Assembly (NCBI GenBank): GCA_963721305.1 | Contig: CAVRIR010000002.1 | Coordinates: 174,000 to 237,999 of the forward strand | Source of the DNA: an uncultured Acidimicrobiia bacterium | GTDB lineage: Bacteria; Actinomycetota; Acidimicrobiia; Acidimicrobiales; JACDCH01 | Direction: 5' to 3' | Length of the DNA: 64,000 bases | Part shown: piece by piece, positions 1 to 10,874 of the stretch | How the letters are laid out: each line of letters starts with the position of its first letter | Numbering within the stretch: the first letter of the stretch is position 1 | The notes under the pieces: generated by a model | The model's database searches: none | What the model saw: the letters and a program-made list of their open reading frames with translations, nothing else | What the model was told of the DNA's origin: nothing | Program-made: the position numbers and the translations under genes

Positions 1-315
1 CTGTCGCAGCGGCACGAAGTCGCGGCGCGCGGTCAGCAATTCGCACGCGGCCTCGAGGCCGGCCGCCACCGCGGCCATCGGTGACAGCTCGTTCGGAGCC
101 GCCGCGACGGAGTCGACGAGAAGCTGCCGGAGCGCATCCGACCCCGAGAACAGCACTTCGCGCTTGTCCGCGAAGTGGCGAAAGAAGGTGCGCTCCGTGA
201 GCCCGGCCTTGTCCGCGATGTCCGCCACCGTCGTGCTCTCGTACCCGCGGTCGACGAAGAGTTCGAGCGCCGCCTGCTCGAGACGGCCGCGAGCGTCCGG
301 CTCCCATCGCGCCAC
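1..315 (-). CDS. TetR/AcrR family transcriptional regulator (3' end outside window)
   Basis: Manual translation from GTG at 315: MARWEPDARGRLEQAALELFVDRGYESTTVADIADKAGLTERTFFRHFADKREVLF, a classic TetR HTH; frame missed by the ORF track. Confidence 0.9.
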   Translation of the reverse strand, partial: MARWEPDARGRLEQAALELFVDRGYESTTVADIADKAGLTERTFFRHFADKREVLFSGSDALRQLLVDSVAAAPNELSPMAAVAAGLEAACELLTARRDFVPLRQ

Positions 316-330
316 GGATCCATCCTAGGT

Positions 331-379
331 GATGACAGCCACTGACATCCGTGTTATCGTGATGTCAGCAACTGACATC
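331..379. promoter_or_regulatory. Twin 19-bp palindromic operators between divergent tetR and SDR genes
   Basis: GATGACAG-CCA-CTGACATC (331-349) and perfect GATGTCAG-CAA-CTGACATC (361-379), 30 bp apart. Confidence 0.75.
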
Positions 380-417
380 GGCTGCCGCCGGCAGCGAGTC
401 GTCCTGGAGGTTTCGAC

Positions 418-1308
418 ATGCGCGTGTTCGTCACTGGCGCGTCCGGATTCATCGGCACGGCCGTCGTCCCCGAGCTGCTCGCGGCGGGACACGAGGTCGT
501 CGGATTGGCGAGATCAGACGAGTCCGCCGCGACGATCGCCGCGATGGGCGCGGAGGTGCAGCGAGGCGATCTCGAAGATCGAGACATCTTGCGAGCGGCC
601 GCGGCCGCGTCCGAGGGCGTGATCCATCTCGGGTTCGTGCACGACTTCAGCCGCTTCGACAACTCGGTGCGGATCGACGCCGAAGCCATCGAGACGTTCG
701 GAGACGCGCTCGAGGGGTCCGATCGGCCGCTCGTCATCGCGTCGGGGATCGCGGCGGTCCGAGAAGGCGACTCGCCGGCGACCGAACGCGACGCGCCGGC
801 TCCTGTGTTCCCGCGCGCTCCGGCAGCACAGCGCACGATCGCGTTCGCCGATCGAGGTGTCCGCTCGTCCGTGGTCCGGCTTCCACCGACGGTTCACGGC
901 GAGGGCGACGCCGGCTTCGTGCCGACGTTGATCAACATCGCGAGGGACAAGCACGTGTCGGGCTACATCGGCGACGGAGCCAGCCGCTGGCCGGCCGTGC
1001 ATCGGTTCGATGCCGCGACGTTGTTCGCGCTTGCGCTGACGAAAGCGCCGGCAGGATCAGTGCTGCACGCGATCGACGACGAAGGCGTGCCGACTCGCGT
1101 GATCGCCGAGGTCATCGGACGTCATCTCGACGTCCCTGTCACGAGCATCGGCCCCGACGAAGCAATGAACCACTTCGACTGGCTCGGCATGTTCTTCGGC
1201 TTCGACGTGCCCGCATCCAGCGATCTCACACGCGCGTTGCTCGGCTGGGAGCCGACGCAACCGAAGCTCATCGAGGACCTCGAAAAGGGCCACTACTTCG
1301 ACGGTTGA
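418..1308 (+). CDS. NAD-dependent epimerase/dehydratase (extended SDR) oxidoreductase
   Basis: N-terminal VFVTGASGFIG Rossmann motif, VIHLGF, RLPPTVHG; RBS GGAGG upstream. Confidence 0.9.
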   Translation: MRVFVTGASGFIGTAVVPELLAAGHEVVGLARSDESAATIAAMGAEVQRGDLEDRDILRAAAAASEGVIHLGFVHDFSRFDNSVRIDAEAIETFGDALEGSDRPLVIASGIAAVREGDSPATERDAPAPVFPRAPAAQRTIAFADRGVRSSVVRLPPTVHGEGDAGFVPTLINIARDKHVSGYIGDGASRWPAVHRFDAATLFALALTKAPAGSVLHAIDDEGVPTRVIAEVIGRHLDVPVTSIGPDEAMNHFDWLGMFFGFDVPASSDLTRALLGWEPTQPKLIEDLEKGHYFDG

Positions 1309-1358
1309 CGCGGGTCGTCACCGTTCGGCGCACGCGCCGCCGTTGTGGGACGAAACGA

Positions 1359-2190
1359 TCACACGCACCGGTTCCGGATGGTGCCGATGCCCTCGATCCA
1401 CGACTCGAGCACGTGGCCTGACCGCAGGAATCGAGGAGGCTTGCGCGTCGCGCCGACCCCCGCAGGGGTTCCGGTGAAGATGATGTCGCCTGGGAGCAAC
1501 GGCAGTACGGCGGAAAGCTCGGCGACCAGCTGCGGGACGTCGAAGATGAGGTCCGACGTCCGCGCGTCCTGCACGGTCTCGCCGTCGACCGAGCAACCGA
1601 GCGCGAGGTCGTCGGGATTCGCGAACTCGTCGAGGGTCACGACCCACGGTCCCATCGGTCCGTACCCGCGACGCGACTTGCCGAGCGAGAACTGCGACAC
1701 CGGCCGCGAACTGAAGGGTGCCGGTCGCTGATGTCCTGACCGACGGTGAGACCGGCGACGTGTGACCACGCGTCCGCCTCGCGCGACCCGATCGGCCCGC
1801 GTGCCGATGACGACGACCAGTTCGACCTCCCAGTCGACGGTGTCCTCGACGATCTCGACGTCGTCGAACGGACCCGCCAGCGACGCCGGGAACTTGGTGA
1901 ACGTCGCCGGCACGCTCGGCACGGCCATGCCCGACTCCTCGGCGTGGCTGCGGTAGTTGAGGCCGATCGCGAACACCTGGCGCGGCGCCGGCACCGGGCA
2001 ACCGAGGCTGCCGTCGGTGAGCGTTGCCGTGCCCGACGGTGACACCCGCGGCCCAAGCGGCGAAAGCCGTCCAGTCGTCGTACACACGCATCGGGTCGGG
2101 GCCGAACCGCCCGCCCGACACCTCCTCGATGTCGGCGACGGCGTCGTCGATGACGAGCACGGCACGTCCGTCATGGTTGGCGAGCTTCAT
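1359..2190 (-). CDS. Fumarylacetoacetate hydrolase family protein (frameshifted)
   Basis: MKLANHDGRAVLV start in one frame; AIGLNYRSHAEE, VDWEVELVVVIG, GDIIFTGTPAGVG in another; stop at 1359. Confidence 0.85.
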
Positions 2191-3699
2191 GTGGTGGCTC
2201 CTCGTGCGAGGTGTTGGCGGAGATCGTCGAGCAGCGCTGACGCCGATGCGGCGGTCGTCGCGGTGCCATAGAGATAGAAGTCAGGACGGGACAGCGCGTA
2301 CTTCGTGTCGTGCTCCTGGAACCAGCGCTCGAACGTCGGATCGGGTTCGGTCAATGCGACGATCGCGCCGCCGATCGTGGTGAACCAGCCGCGCTGCTCG
2401 TCACCGACGCCGGACGGATCGACGTCGACGACCACGAGCCGCCAGCCGTTGCCGTGCACTTCGTCGAAGGGCCGGCCCCCGACCTTGCCCTGCACGAACT
2501 GCCGTCCCGCGTGCGGCGCGGTCGGATGGATGAAGCCCGCGTCGAGGTCGGGCAGTCCGGGTGCCGGCGCCGGTTCGTCACCGACGCCCGAGGCCATGGC
2601 CTCGTCGCGCGCGGCGGCCTCCGCAGGGTCCGGAACGCATATGACCTTGCCGAGCTCCATCGAGAACTCGATCGCAGCCCGCGCGCTCGGCAACCGCTCC
2701 TCTTCGTACGAGTCGAGCAGCCGATCGGGCGCGCGGCCGTCGAGAACGAGGTCGAGCTTCCACGCAAGGTTGGCCGCGTCGCGCAAGCCCGAACACATGC
2801 CCTGCCCTGCGAACGGGGGCATGAGATGGGCTGCATCACCGGCGATCAGCACGCGTTCGGCGCGCCACTGCTCCGCACAACGAGCATTGAACGTGTACAC
2901 GGCGTGCCGTTCGAGTCGGGCATTGCCCGGATGCACATCCCACGGCGCGAGCAAGTTCCCACGCGCGTGCTTCGTCGTTGAGCTCGTCGAGGGACTCGTG
3001 CGGCAGACGCATGAACTCCCACCGACGCCGACCGGGACCGCCCGACACCACGGTCGTCGGCCGCGCCGGATCGCAGATCTGCAGGTTGATCGGATCGAAG
3101 ACGCGCGGTTCGTCGAGGAGCACGTCGACGATGAGCCAGTCGTAGAAGAACCCGAGGTCGGTGACGGGGAGGTCGAGCTGGTCCGTACCGTGCTGTTGGC
3201 GCCGTCGCAGCCGACGACGTAGCTCGCCGTGGAGGTCGAACCGTCGGCGCCGCGCACGACCGCTCTCGACTCCGACTGGTCGATCCCGGTCACCTCGACA
3301 CCACGGCGCACGCGCGACGCCGAGCTCGACGGCGCGCCGGTCGAGCAGCGCCTCGAGCCTCGGCTGGTTGAACATCGACGATGCCGGCCAGCCCGATGGC
3401 CCGTCCCCCGTTCGGCCGAAGCGCAACAGCGTCGTGCCCGCCGCGTTGCGCCACTCGTAGATGTCGGCGGGCTCGCTGATCGCACGTACCTCGTCGCCGA
3501 TGCCACATGACTGCAGGATGCGGCCGACTTCATGGTCGAAGTGCACCGCACGCGGTAGCGGGTACGGCTCGGGCCAGCGTTCGATCACCGTCACCGACCG
3601 GTCGAGTTGCGCGAGGAAGATCGCGAGCGCGCTCCCGACCGGTCCGCACCCGACGATGGCGACGTCGGCGTCACGATCGGCGTCGAGGTCGCGCGTCAT
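2187..3699 (-). CDS. FAD-dependent aromatic hydroxylase, MhpA/PheA class (frameshifted)
   Basis: DVAIVGCGPVGSAL, PRAVHFDHE, VVGCDGANSTVR, LIAGDAAHLMPPFAGQGMCSGLRDAANLAWKL spread over several frames. Confidence 0.85.
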
Positions 3700-4575
3700 C
3701 CCTGCCGCAGCGGCTGGTGGCCCCACGCGCTGATGCGGTCGTAGCTTGCGGTTGCCGTCCCAGTGGTCGCCGACGACTTTCGCGCCGTGGCCGACCTCGA
3801 CCTGGAAGCCGGCCGGACTCGCGACGTAGAAGCTGAACATCCCGTCGTTGTCGTGGCGTCCGAGACCGTTGGGTATCGGCAGCCCCGATGCCCACGCACG
3901 ATCGAACGCGGCACCGACGTCGTCTCGATCCTTGGTCTCGAACATCACGTGATGCAGGTGCTGCGGCAGCTCGAATGGCGCTCGCGCCAGTGCGATCGTG
4001 TGGTGTCGTGCGTTGCAGTGGTAGAAGCGGACCTCGAGCTCGATGCCCTCGGCGATCTCCATCTCCAGCCAGTCCGACTGCTCGAGCCCGAGCCCTTCCA
4101 CGACGAAGCGGTGTGACTCGTCGAACGCGGTTGTCGCGAAGACGGCGTGCCCGAAGCCGACATGCTGGGTGAGGAACCCGCCCGGCACGAGCGGCGATGC
4201 GAACGGGGTCGATGCCTCGGCGAGGCCGACCGCGACCTCGACCGGGACGCCCCAAGGGGCGGCCGAGCGGACGAGCCGTCCGACGCCGCGGGCTCGCGCA
4301 TCGTCGTCGGATCCGTCGATGGCCTCGAAGCCCGCGGCGCGAAGGCGGGCGGCGGCGCGAGCCAGTGCGTCGTCGTCGACGGCTTCGAAGCCGACGAAGA
4401 CAGCGTCGTTGGCGTCACCCTGCTGCACGATCACGCGCCGCGCTTTGTCGTCGTCGCGCCAGGTATGAGCGCCGTCCCCGGGCACGAGCCCGATCACGTT
4501 CCCGAAGAACGAGTCGAGCGCGGCAGGGTCAGGCACCTCGATACCGAGGTATGCGAGCTCGATGTCGCGATTCAT
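3696..4575 (-). CDS. Extradiol ring-cleavage dioxygenase, BphC/HsaC-like VOC family (frameshift near 3' end)
   Basis: LAYLGIEV, GFGHAVF, FYHCNARHHTIA, LHHVMFE, LGRHDNDGMFSFYVASPAGFQVEVG: Fe(II) His/His/Glu ligands present. Confidence 0.9.
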
Positions 4576-5477
4576 GTTCTGCCTTCTTTCGTGAAGAGCC
4601 GCTCGGAGTTCGCGCACAACGTCGAGACGAGATCGTCGACGCCGTCGATGCGCGTGGCAAGGCCAGCAGCGACCGGCTCGGGGGTGAACGGATAGTCGCT
4701 GCCGTAGTGCAGATGGTCGATGGTGGTGATCGTCAGAAGCGCGTCGAGCTGTCGAGGCACCGAGTAGCCGGCCAGATCGAAGTGCAGCCGCCCGAGGTCG
4801 CGCATCACATCGACGTCCGGGCTGACCAGACTGCCGAACGCGGTGACCCGATCGGCGAGCAGCGGGAGTGCCGCCCCGGCGTGCGGGACGATCAGCTCGA
4901 GATCCGGGTTGACGGCGACGGTGCCGCTCAACACCAGATCGACGATCGCGCGGGTCGTGTCGAGGAGGAACTCGATCAGCGGGCGCGGCCGGCCGAACGA
5001 CGTCTGCTCCCAGCACACGGGCGACGTCGGATGCACCAACACCCGTGCGCGGCGACGACCGAGCTCGCGCAGCACGGGGGCGAACAAGACATCGCCGAGG
5101 TAGGTGCCGTCGAAGTTCGTGAGCAGGACGAAACCGTCCGCGTCGAGTTGGTCGCAAGCGAACGCGATCTCGGCCATCGCGCTGTCGACGTCCGGCAACG
5201 GGAGCGATGCCAGGAGACCGAATCGACCGGGATGATCGACGACGGCACGACGTCCGTCCTCGTTCACCGCACGCGCCAGCGCTGCGTCGCCGAGCACACC
5301 GGGAGAGGAGACCGACAAGTACGAGCGCGCGATGTCCAGGCGGTCCATCAGTGCGACGTGTTCTGCGGCGGACCACTCCGGGACGTACGGCATGCCGTCC
5401 GGCGCCTCGTGTCCCGACTGCCGGAGCGCTTCTCGGTAGAGCTCCGGCAGGTAGTGCGCGTGGATGTCGATCTTCAC
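4572..5477 (-). CDS. Amidohydrolase_2 family protein, 6-methylsalicylate/orsellinate/resorcylate decarboxylase-like
   Basis: GTG start; KIDIHAHY (HxH), LVHPT, IVPHAGAALP, HFDLAG, LHYGSDYPFTP. Confidence 0.85.
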   Translation of the reverse strand: MKIDIHAHYLPELYREALRQSGHEAPDGMPYVPEWSAAEHVALMDRLDIARSYLSVSSPGVLGDAALARAVNEDGRRAVVDHPGRFGLLASLPLPDVDSAMAEIAFACDQLDADGFVLLTNFDGTYLGDVLFAPVLRELGRRRARVLVHPTSPVCWEQTSFGRPRPLIEFLLDTTRAIVDLVLSGTVAVNPDLELIVPHAGAALPLLADRVTAFGSLVSPDVDVMRDLGRLHFDLAGYSVPRQLDALLTITTIDHLHYGSDYPFTPEPVAAGLATRIDGVDDLVSTLCANSERLFTKEGRT

Positions 5478-6430
5478 AGGCCGAGCGTGCCGACCCAGTC
5501 GACCAACGTGTCGACGTAGAGATCCGGTTCGGTGCCGTGCATCGAGTGCGCGACCGCCGGGAACGAGCGGTAGTCGACGGTGACGCCGACTTCGCGCAGC
5601 AGCGCCTGCACGCGCTCGGCTTGCACATCGGCGAGCGCGCCCATCAGGACGCCCGTGCTCTCGTCGACGACGCGCATGTGATGCGTGAGGAGCACGTTCG
5701 ACACCTTCACGCTCCGGAGCATGCGCTCGTGATCGCACGACGCCGAGACGGTTCCGCTCCAGAACGCGCGTCCCCACTCGGGGTCGTATTCCTTCAACTC
5801 CTGCCGAGGCTCATCTGGGATCGGCATGAGCTGCAACCATTGCGGCAACCGATCAGGCGCGGCCGCGCGCATCTCGTCCCACGCGCCGATGGACCATTGG
5901 TCCCCTAGGTACGTGCTCCACAGATCGAAGATCGGGCCGATCGACTGCTGGATGCCCGGCGCGATCGCGGGGCGCACCTCCGAGGAGAACAGAGGCGGAT
6001 CCTCGTAGCACGCGGCCACGACCTGGCCCGGCTTCGCGTACGCCGACAGCCACGCGGACAGCACGCCACCGGACGACAAGCCACTCACGATCGCCGGCCG
6101 TGCGATCACGATGTCCATGAAGCGGACCAGATCGTTGCCCATGTTGTCGAGCGTGTAGCGACCCGGCGTGCGCGTGCTGCGGCCCTGCCCGCGAAGGTCG
6201 ACGGCGAACACCTCGAAGTGCTCGGCGAGGCGAGGCAGCGCCGCTTCGTACCCCCACCACGACTCGGTTTGTCCGGGGATCAACAGCAACGCGGGGTTCG
6301 CCGGGTCACCGGCGGTGGCGTGGTTGAGCTCGACCTCACCGAGGGCGACCAGCTTCTCGGGGAAGGCGTGCGTGACGTAAGTCACGTCAGGGGCGTGCGG
6401 GCCGTACCGACTTCGATGTTCGTTCGCCAT
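5474..6430 (-). CDS. Alpha/beta hydrolase resembling ZenA zearalenone lactonohydrolases
   Basis: GLSSGG nucleophile elbow, YEDPP, AHSMH; YTLDNMGNDLVRF, LGDQWSIG and LKEYDPEWGRAF match my recollection of Rhodococcus ZenA (not verified by search). Confidence 0.8.
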   Translation of the reverse strand: MANEHRSRYGPHAPDVTYVTHAFPEKLVALGEVELNHATAGDPANPALLLIPGQTESWWGYEAALPRLAEHFEVFAVDLRGQGRSTRTPGRYTLDNMGNDLVRFMDIVIARPAIVSGLSSGGVLSAWLSAYAKPGQVVAACYEDPPLFSSEVRPAIAPGIQQSIGPIFDLWSTYLGDQWSIGAWDEMRAAAPDRLPQWLQLMPIPDEPRQELKEYDPEWGRAFWSGTVSASCDHERMLRSVKVSNVLLTHHMRVVDESTGVLMGALADVQAERVQALLREVGVTVDYRSFPAVAHSMHGTEPDLYVDTLVDWVGTLGL

Positions 6431-6492
6431 GCCGCGCCCAGCCTGGCACTGCGTCGTGGATCCTGAGCGAAATCACAGCTTTCTCTGTCCGC

Positions 6493-6516
6493 ACTCTGGG
6501 CCACAGACCCCAGAGT
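6493..6516. promoter_or_regulatory. 8-bp inverted repeat in divergent promoter region
   Basis: ACTCTGGG-N8-CCCAGAGT between the hydrolase operon and the exporter operon. Confidence 0.25.
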
Positions 6517-6550
6517 CGACTGTCATGGACAATCGAATCGAGTACGCGCT

Positions 6551-7516
6551 GTGAGCGCGATGCCCCCGTATCCGCCCGAGGACGGCGCCGGCCCGGCCAT
6601 CACTCCCTCCCCCGAGCCTGCGCCGTCCTCGTCGCGCCCGGCGTGGCGCACTTGGGTGATCGCGGCCGTCCTTTCGGCTGTCGCGGCGGGCCTCATCGGA
6701 TTCGTCGTCAGTCGTTCCGGTAACTCCAGCGCGACGACCCTCGCCGGCACGGGCAGCAGCGCGTCGAGCAACAGCGATAGCGGCTCCGGCAACGGCGCGC
6801 CTTCCGGGTTCCGCAACGGCACGAGAGGAACCGTCACGAAGATCGACGGTTCGGACATCACGATCCAGTCGACCGACCGCAACGGCACGGCGTCGACGGT
6901 GACCGTTCGCACCGCTTCGGACACGACGTTCACGAAGTCGGCGACCGGAAGCGTCAGCGACGTGAAGACCGGCGACAACGTGCTGGTCAGCGGAACGGAT
7001 TCTTCCGGCACGGTTGCCGCCACGTCCATCACCGACAACGGCGACATGACATTTGGTGGCCGCGGCGCGAACCGCAACGGGTCGCAACCTGGCACGCCGC
7101 CGGACAACAGCAACTCCACGCCTCCCAACAGTGGCGGGTTCACGCCACCGTCCGGGGGGAACGGGGGCAACGGCAACGGCCGTCCCGGCGGCCCCGGCGG
7201 TGGCGGGTTCCAAGCCGGACAGGTCACCGCGGTCAACGGCTCGACGCTCACCATCTCGACCTTCGACGGCAGTTCGGTCACCGTCACCACGGACGGCTCG
7301 ACGACAGTCAACGTGACCCAGACCGCCTCGATCGCCGACGTGAAGACGGGCGACACGATCATGGCGACCGGCACGAACGACAACGGCGTCGTCACCGCGA
7401 CCTCGGTTCGGATCGGCGGCGGTGGGTTCGGCGGCGGCGGGTTCGGCGGCGGCTTCCCCGGCGGTAACCCCCCGGGCGGCGCGCCGAACAGTGACGCCAA
7501 CGGCGCGGAGAACTGA
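6551..7516 (+). CDS. Membrane-anchored Gly/Ser/Thr-rich protein with two DUF5666-like repeats
   Basis: One TM (WVIAAVLSAVAAGLIGFVV), two GxVTxIxGSxxTI...DVKTGDxxxxSG repeats, GGGFGG tail. Confidence 0.65.
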   Translation: MSAMPPYPPEDGAGPAITPSPEPAPSSSRPAWRTWVIAAVLSAVAAGLIGFVVSRSGNSSATTLAGTGSSASSNSDSGSGNGAPSGFRNGTRGTVTKIDGSDITIQSTDRNGTASTVTVRTASDTTFTKSATGSVSDVKTGDNVLVSGTDSSGTVAATSITDNGDMTFGGRGANRNGSQPGTPPDNSNSTPPNSGGFTPPSGGNGGNGNGRPGGPGGGGFQAGQVTAVNGSTLTISTFDGSSVTVTTDGSTTVNVTQTASIADVKTGDTIMATGTNDNGVVTATSVRIGGGGFGGGGFGGGFPGGNPPGGAPNSDANGAEN

Positions 7517-7521
7517 TCGCG

Positions 7522-9645
7522 ATGGCGCGTGTCAAAGCGCTGCTCACCAAGCCGTTCGTGGTCATGCCGCTCCTCGCGGTCGTCGTGCTCGCCGGCTGGG
7601 CCGTGTTCCAGGCCCATTCGTCGTCGAGCGACGCGGCCGCGCAGCCAACCGACCAGACCGTCGCGGTGACGAGCGGGACGATTGCAGAGACGGTGTCGGG
7701 GCAGGGCACCGTTGCTTCCTCGCAGTCCGCCGACCTGAACTTCGGATCGTCCGGCACGGTGACGGCGGTAAACGTGAAGGCCGGTCAGAAGGTCAGTGCG
7801 GGTGACGTGCTCGCCCAGATCGACTCGACCTCACTGCAAGCCGCCCTGAGCACGGCGCAGTCGTCGGAAGCGCAGGCGGAAGCCAAGCTCTCCGACGACG
7901 AGTCGGCCGGCGCGTCGGCCGCGCAACTGACCGCCGACCAGACGAGCGTGACGACCGCGCAGGACAAGGTCGCCACCGCGTACACGGCGCTCGGAGGCGC
8001 GCAGCTCGTTGCGGCGTTCGACGGCACCGTTTCGCAGGTGAACCTGACGGTGGGCGAGCAGCTCGGCAGCAGCGGTACCGGCGGCACGAACACGTCGGGC
8101 AGCCAGAGCCCATCCGGCGGATCGACGTCGGCGCTCGGCTCGAGCTCCACGAACGGCTCGAGCAGCGGAAACGGCTCGAGCGGCGGAAACGGATCGAACA
8201 GCACGGGTGGCTCGAACACAGGCAGCAGCTCGACCCCTGAGCTCCAGGTGATCACCGCGTCGTCGTTCACGGTGCAGCTCGGCTTCGACGCAAGTGACGT
8301 CGCCAAGATCGCCGACGCGCAACCGGCAACGATCCAACTGTCGACGACGAGCTCGAACACGAGTGGTTTCCCCGGCGGCGGCTTCGCCGGAGGCGGAGGG
8401 TTCCCGGGTGGCGGAGGTTTCGCCGGCGGCGGGTCTGCCGGAGGCGGGACCCAAGGCGGGAACAGCACGTCCTCCAACGGCACCACCAACACCGTGACCG
8501 GAGCATCGAGCGCCACCGGCACGGTCACCGACGTCGGGACCGTGGCCACCGTCAGCTCGGGGGTGGCGAAGTATCCCGTCACCGTCACCTTCTCGGATGA
8601 CACCGGAACCTTCAATCCCGGCGCGACTGTTGTGGCTCGCATCACGTACGCGGAGAAGCAGAACGCGCTCCAGGTGCCGGCCGCGGCGGTCACGACGACC
8701 AACGGCGTGTCCACTGTGACGGTGAACGACAACGGCTCGAAGCAGACACAGACCGTGACCACGGGCTTGACGTCCGGGAACATGGTCGAGATCACGTCCG
8801 GTCTCCAAGCAGGCGACCAAGTCGTCATCTCGTTCCCGAGCTTCCAGTTCGGCGGCAACCGCGGGACGACGGCCGGCGGGAGCGGGTCGACCGCTCGCAC
8901 CGGCACAGGAACGCGCGGCGGCGAAGGCGGCCAGAATTCGAGCGCCGTCATCGAGCTCGTGGGCGTCACCAAGACGTATCGATCGGGCTCCCTCGAGGTC
9001 GAAGCGCTGCACGGCATCGACATGCGCGTCGACGAAGGCGAGTTCGTGGCCATCGTCGGACCGTCGGGCTCAGGGAAGTCGACGCTGATGCACATCGTCG
9101 GCTGCCTCGACGTGCCCTCGACCGGACAGCTGCTGCTCGCCGGTCAGGACGTCGCCGACTTCGATGAGGATCGGCTGGCGGACGTCCGCAACCGCTACAT
9201 CGGCTTCGTGTTCCAGCAGTTCAACTTGCTGCCGTACATGACCGCGGTGCGCAACGTCGAGCTGCCGCTCGTCTACGCCGGCGTGGAGCCGGCGAAACGA
9301 CGTGAGCTCGCACGCGCGAGCCTCGAACTGGTCGGCCTCGCCGAACGGGGTGAGCATCGTCCCGGCGAGCTGTCCGGCGGCCAGCAACAGCGAGTCGCGA
9401 TTGCGCGTGCGCTCGTCACCGAGCCGGCATTGCTTCTTGCGGACGAACCCACTGGGAACCTGGACGCGGCGTCGACGCGCGACATCCTGAACCTGCTGAC
9501 CGACCTGCATCGCGCCGGCCGGACGATCGTCCTCATCACGCACGAGGCGAGCGTCGCGGCGCGTGCGAGCCGCGTCGTGCACCTCTTCGACGGCCACATC
9601 GCGGACGACGAAGACGCGCTCGCAGGCGCGGGGCCGACGTCATGA
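7522..9645 (+). CDS. Membrane-fusion/periplasmic adaptor (MacA/HlyD-like) fused in frame to a MacB/LolD-type ABC ATPase
   Basis: N-terminal TM, biotinyl-lipoyl-like [20 protein letters not shown] and hairpin; C-terminal [33 protein letters not shown]. Confidence 0.8.
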   Translation: MARVKALLTKPFVVMPLLAVVVLAGWAVFQAHSSSSDAAAQPTDQTVAVTSGTIAETVSGQGTVASSQSADLNFGSSGTVTAVNVKAGQKVSAGDVLAQIDSTSLQAALSTAQSSEAQAEAKLSDDESAGASAAQLTADQTSVTTAQDKVATAYTALGGAQLVAAFDGTVSQVNLTVGEQLGSSGTGGTNTSGSQSPSGGSTSALGSSSTNGSSSGNGSSGGNGSNSTGGSNTGSSSTPELQVITASSFTVQLGFDASDVAKIADAQPATIQLSTTSSNTSGFPGGGFAGGGGFPGGGGFAGGGSAGGGTQGGNSTSSNGTTNTVTGASSATGTVTDVGTVATVSSGVAKYPVTVTFSDDTGTFNPGATVVARITYAEKQNALQVPAAAVTTTNGVSTVTVNDNGSKQTQTVTTGLTSGNMVEITSGLQAGDQVVISFPSFQFGGNRGTTAGGSGSTARTGTGTRGGEGGQNSSAVIELVGVTKTYRSGSLEVEALHGIDMRVDEGEFVAIVGPSGSGKSTLMHIVGCLDVPSTGQLLLAGQDVADFDEDRLADVRNRYIGFVFQQFNLLPYMTAVRNVELPLVYAGVEPAKRRELARASLELVGLAERGEHRPGELSGGQQQRVAIARALVTEPALLLADEPTGNLDAASTRDILNLLTDLHRAGRTIVLITHEASVAARASRVVHLFDGHIADDEDALAGAGPTS

Positions 9646-10874
9646 CCTGGCGCGACACCATCCGAACCGCGGGCGAGTCGGTCCGTTCCCACCGGTTGCG
9701 TTCCGCACTGACGATGCTCGGGATCATGATCGGGATCACTGCGGTGATCCTCAGCGTCGGCATCGGCAACGGCACCAAGGCCGAGGTCCGCGACCAGATC
9801 AACGAGCTCGGGACGAACGTCCTCGTGGTGTCCCCCGGGAGCAGCACGACGACGAGCGGTGTGCGGGGCGGCTTCGGCAGCTCCTCCACCCTCACCATGC
9901 AGGACGCGCAAGCGTTGAACGACCGCACCGTTGCCCCAGACATCGAGTCGGTCGCGGCAACCGCGTCGACCAACGCCGAGCTCGCGGCGGGATCGACGAA
10001 CTGGACAACGCAGCTTCTGGGCACCACGCCGTCGTGGCAACAGGTCCGCTCGCGCGGCGTCACCAGCGGACGGTTCATCACCGACGCCGACGTGCAGAAC
10101 GCTGCACCTGTCATCGTGCTCGGCCCCGACACCGCGCAGGAGCTCTTCGGCGGCCGCAACGCCGTCGGTCAGACAGTGATCTACAACGGCACGACCCTTC
10201 AGGTGGTAGGCGTCCTGCAGTCGCTCAGCTCATCGGACAACGCTTCCAACAACGACCTCGCGATCGTTCCGTTCACCACCTACTCGCAGGCATTGGTCGG
10301 CGGTCAGAACCGCAACTCGGTGTCGTCGATCTACGTCAAGGCCACGTCCGAGGGGACGCTGAGTGCTGCCTATCAAGAGAGCGACGCGTTGCTGGTCAAC
10401 GTGCATCGTTTGAGCTCGACCAGCTCCGCTGACTTCACGATCGCGACGGAGCAATCGATCCTCTCGGCCGCGACGACCGTGAACAAGACGATGAGCCTGA
10501 TGCTCGCCGGCATCGCGATCATCTCGCTCCTCGTCGGGGGCATCGGTGTCATGAACATCATGCTGGTGTCCGTCACCGAGCGGATCCGCGAGATCGGGCT
10601 GCGCAAGTCCTTGGGAGCGCGACCGCGTCTCATCCGTCGTCAGTTCTTGGTCGAGGCGAGCGCGCTCGGGTTCGCCGGTGGCCTACTCGGTGTCGTGGTC
10701 GGCATCGCGATCGCGGCCGTGGTCCCCCACTTCGTCGACACCCGCTTCATCCTCTCGGCGAGCGCCTCCATCGCCGCGATCGCGATCGCGATCGGCGTCG
10801 GCGTGCTGTTCGGCGTCTACCCCGCGTCGCGCGCTGCTCGCCTCGCCCCCATCGACGCGCTCAGGAGCGAGTGA
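9642..10874 (+). CDS. ABC transporter permease (MacB/FtsX family)
   Basis: [13 protein letters not shown]; [33 protein letters not shown]; [17 protein letters not shown]. Confidence 0.92.
   Translation: MTWRDTIRTAGESVRSHRLRSALTMLGIMIGITAVILSVGIGNGTKAEVRDQINELGTNVLVVSPGSSTTTSGVRGGFGSSSTLTMQDAQALNDRTVAPDIESVAATASTNAELAAGSTNWTTQLLGTTPSWQQVRSRGVTSGRFITDADVQNAAPVIVLGPDTAQELFGGRNAVGQTVIYNGTTLQVVGVLQSLSSSDNASNNDLAIVPFTTYSQALVGGQNRNSVSSIYVKATSEGTLSAAYQESDALLVNVHRLSSTSSADFTIATEQSILSAATTVNKTMSLMLAGIAIISLLVGGIGVMNIMLVSVTERIREIGLRKSLGARPRLIRRQFLVEASALGFAGGLLGVVVGIAIAAVVPHFVDTRFILSASASIAAIAIAIGVGVLFGVYPASRAARLAPIDALRSE

Noticed and set aside
2836-5628. 930-aa ORF suggesting a dioxygenase-hydroxylase fusion
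   Set aside because: Artefact of a frameshift at the dioxygenase 3' end; the proper stop/start overlap exists at 3696-3699.
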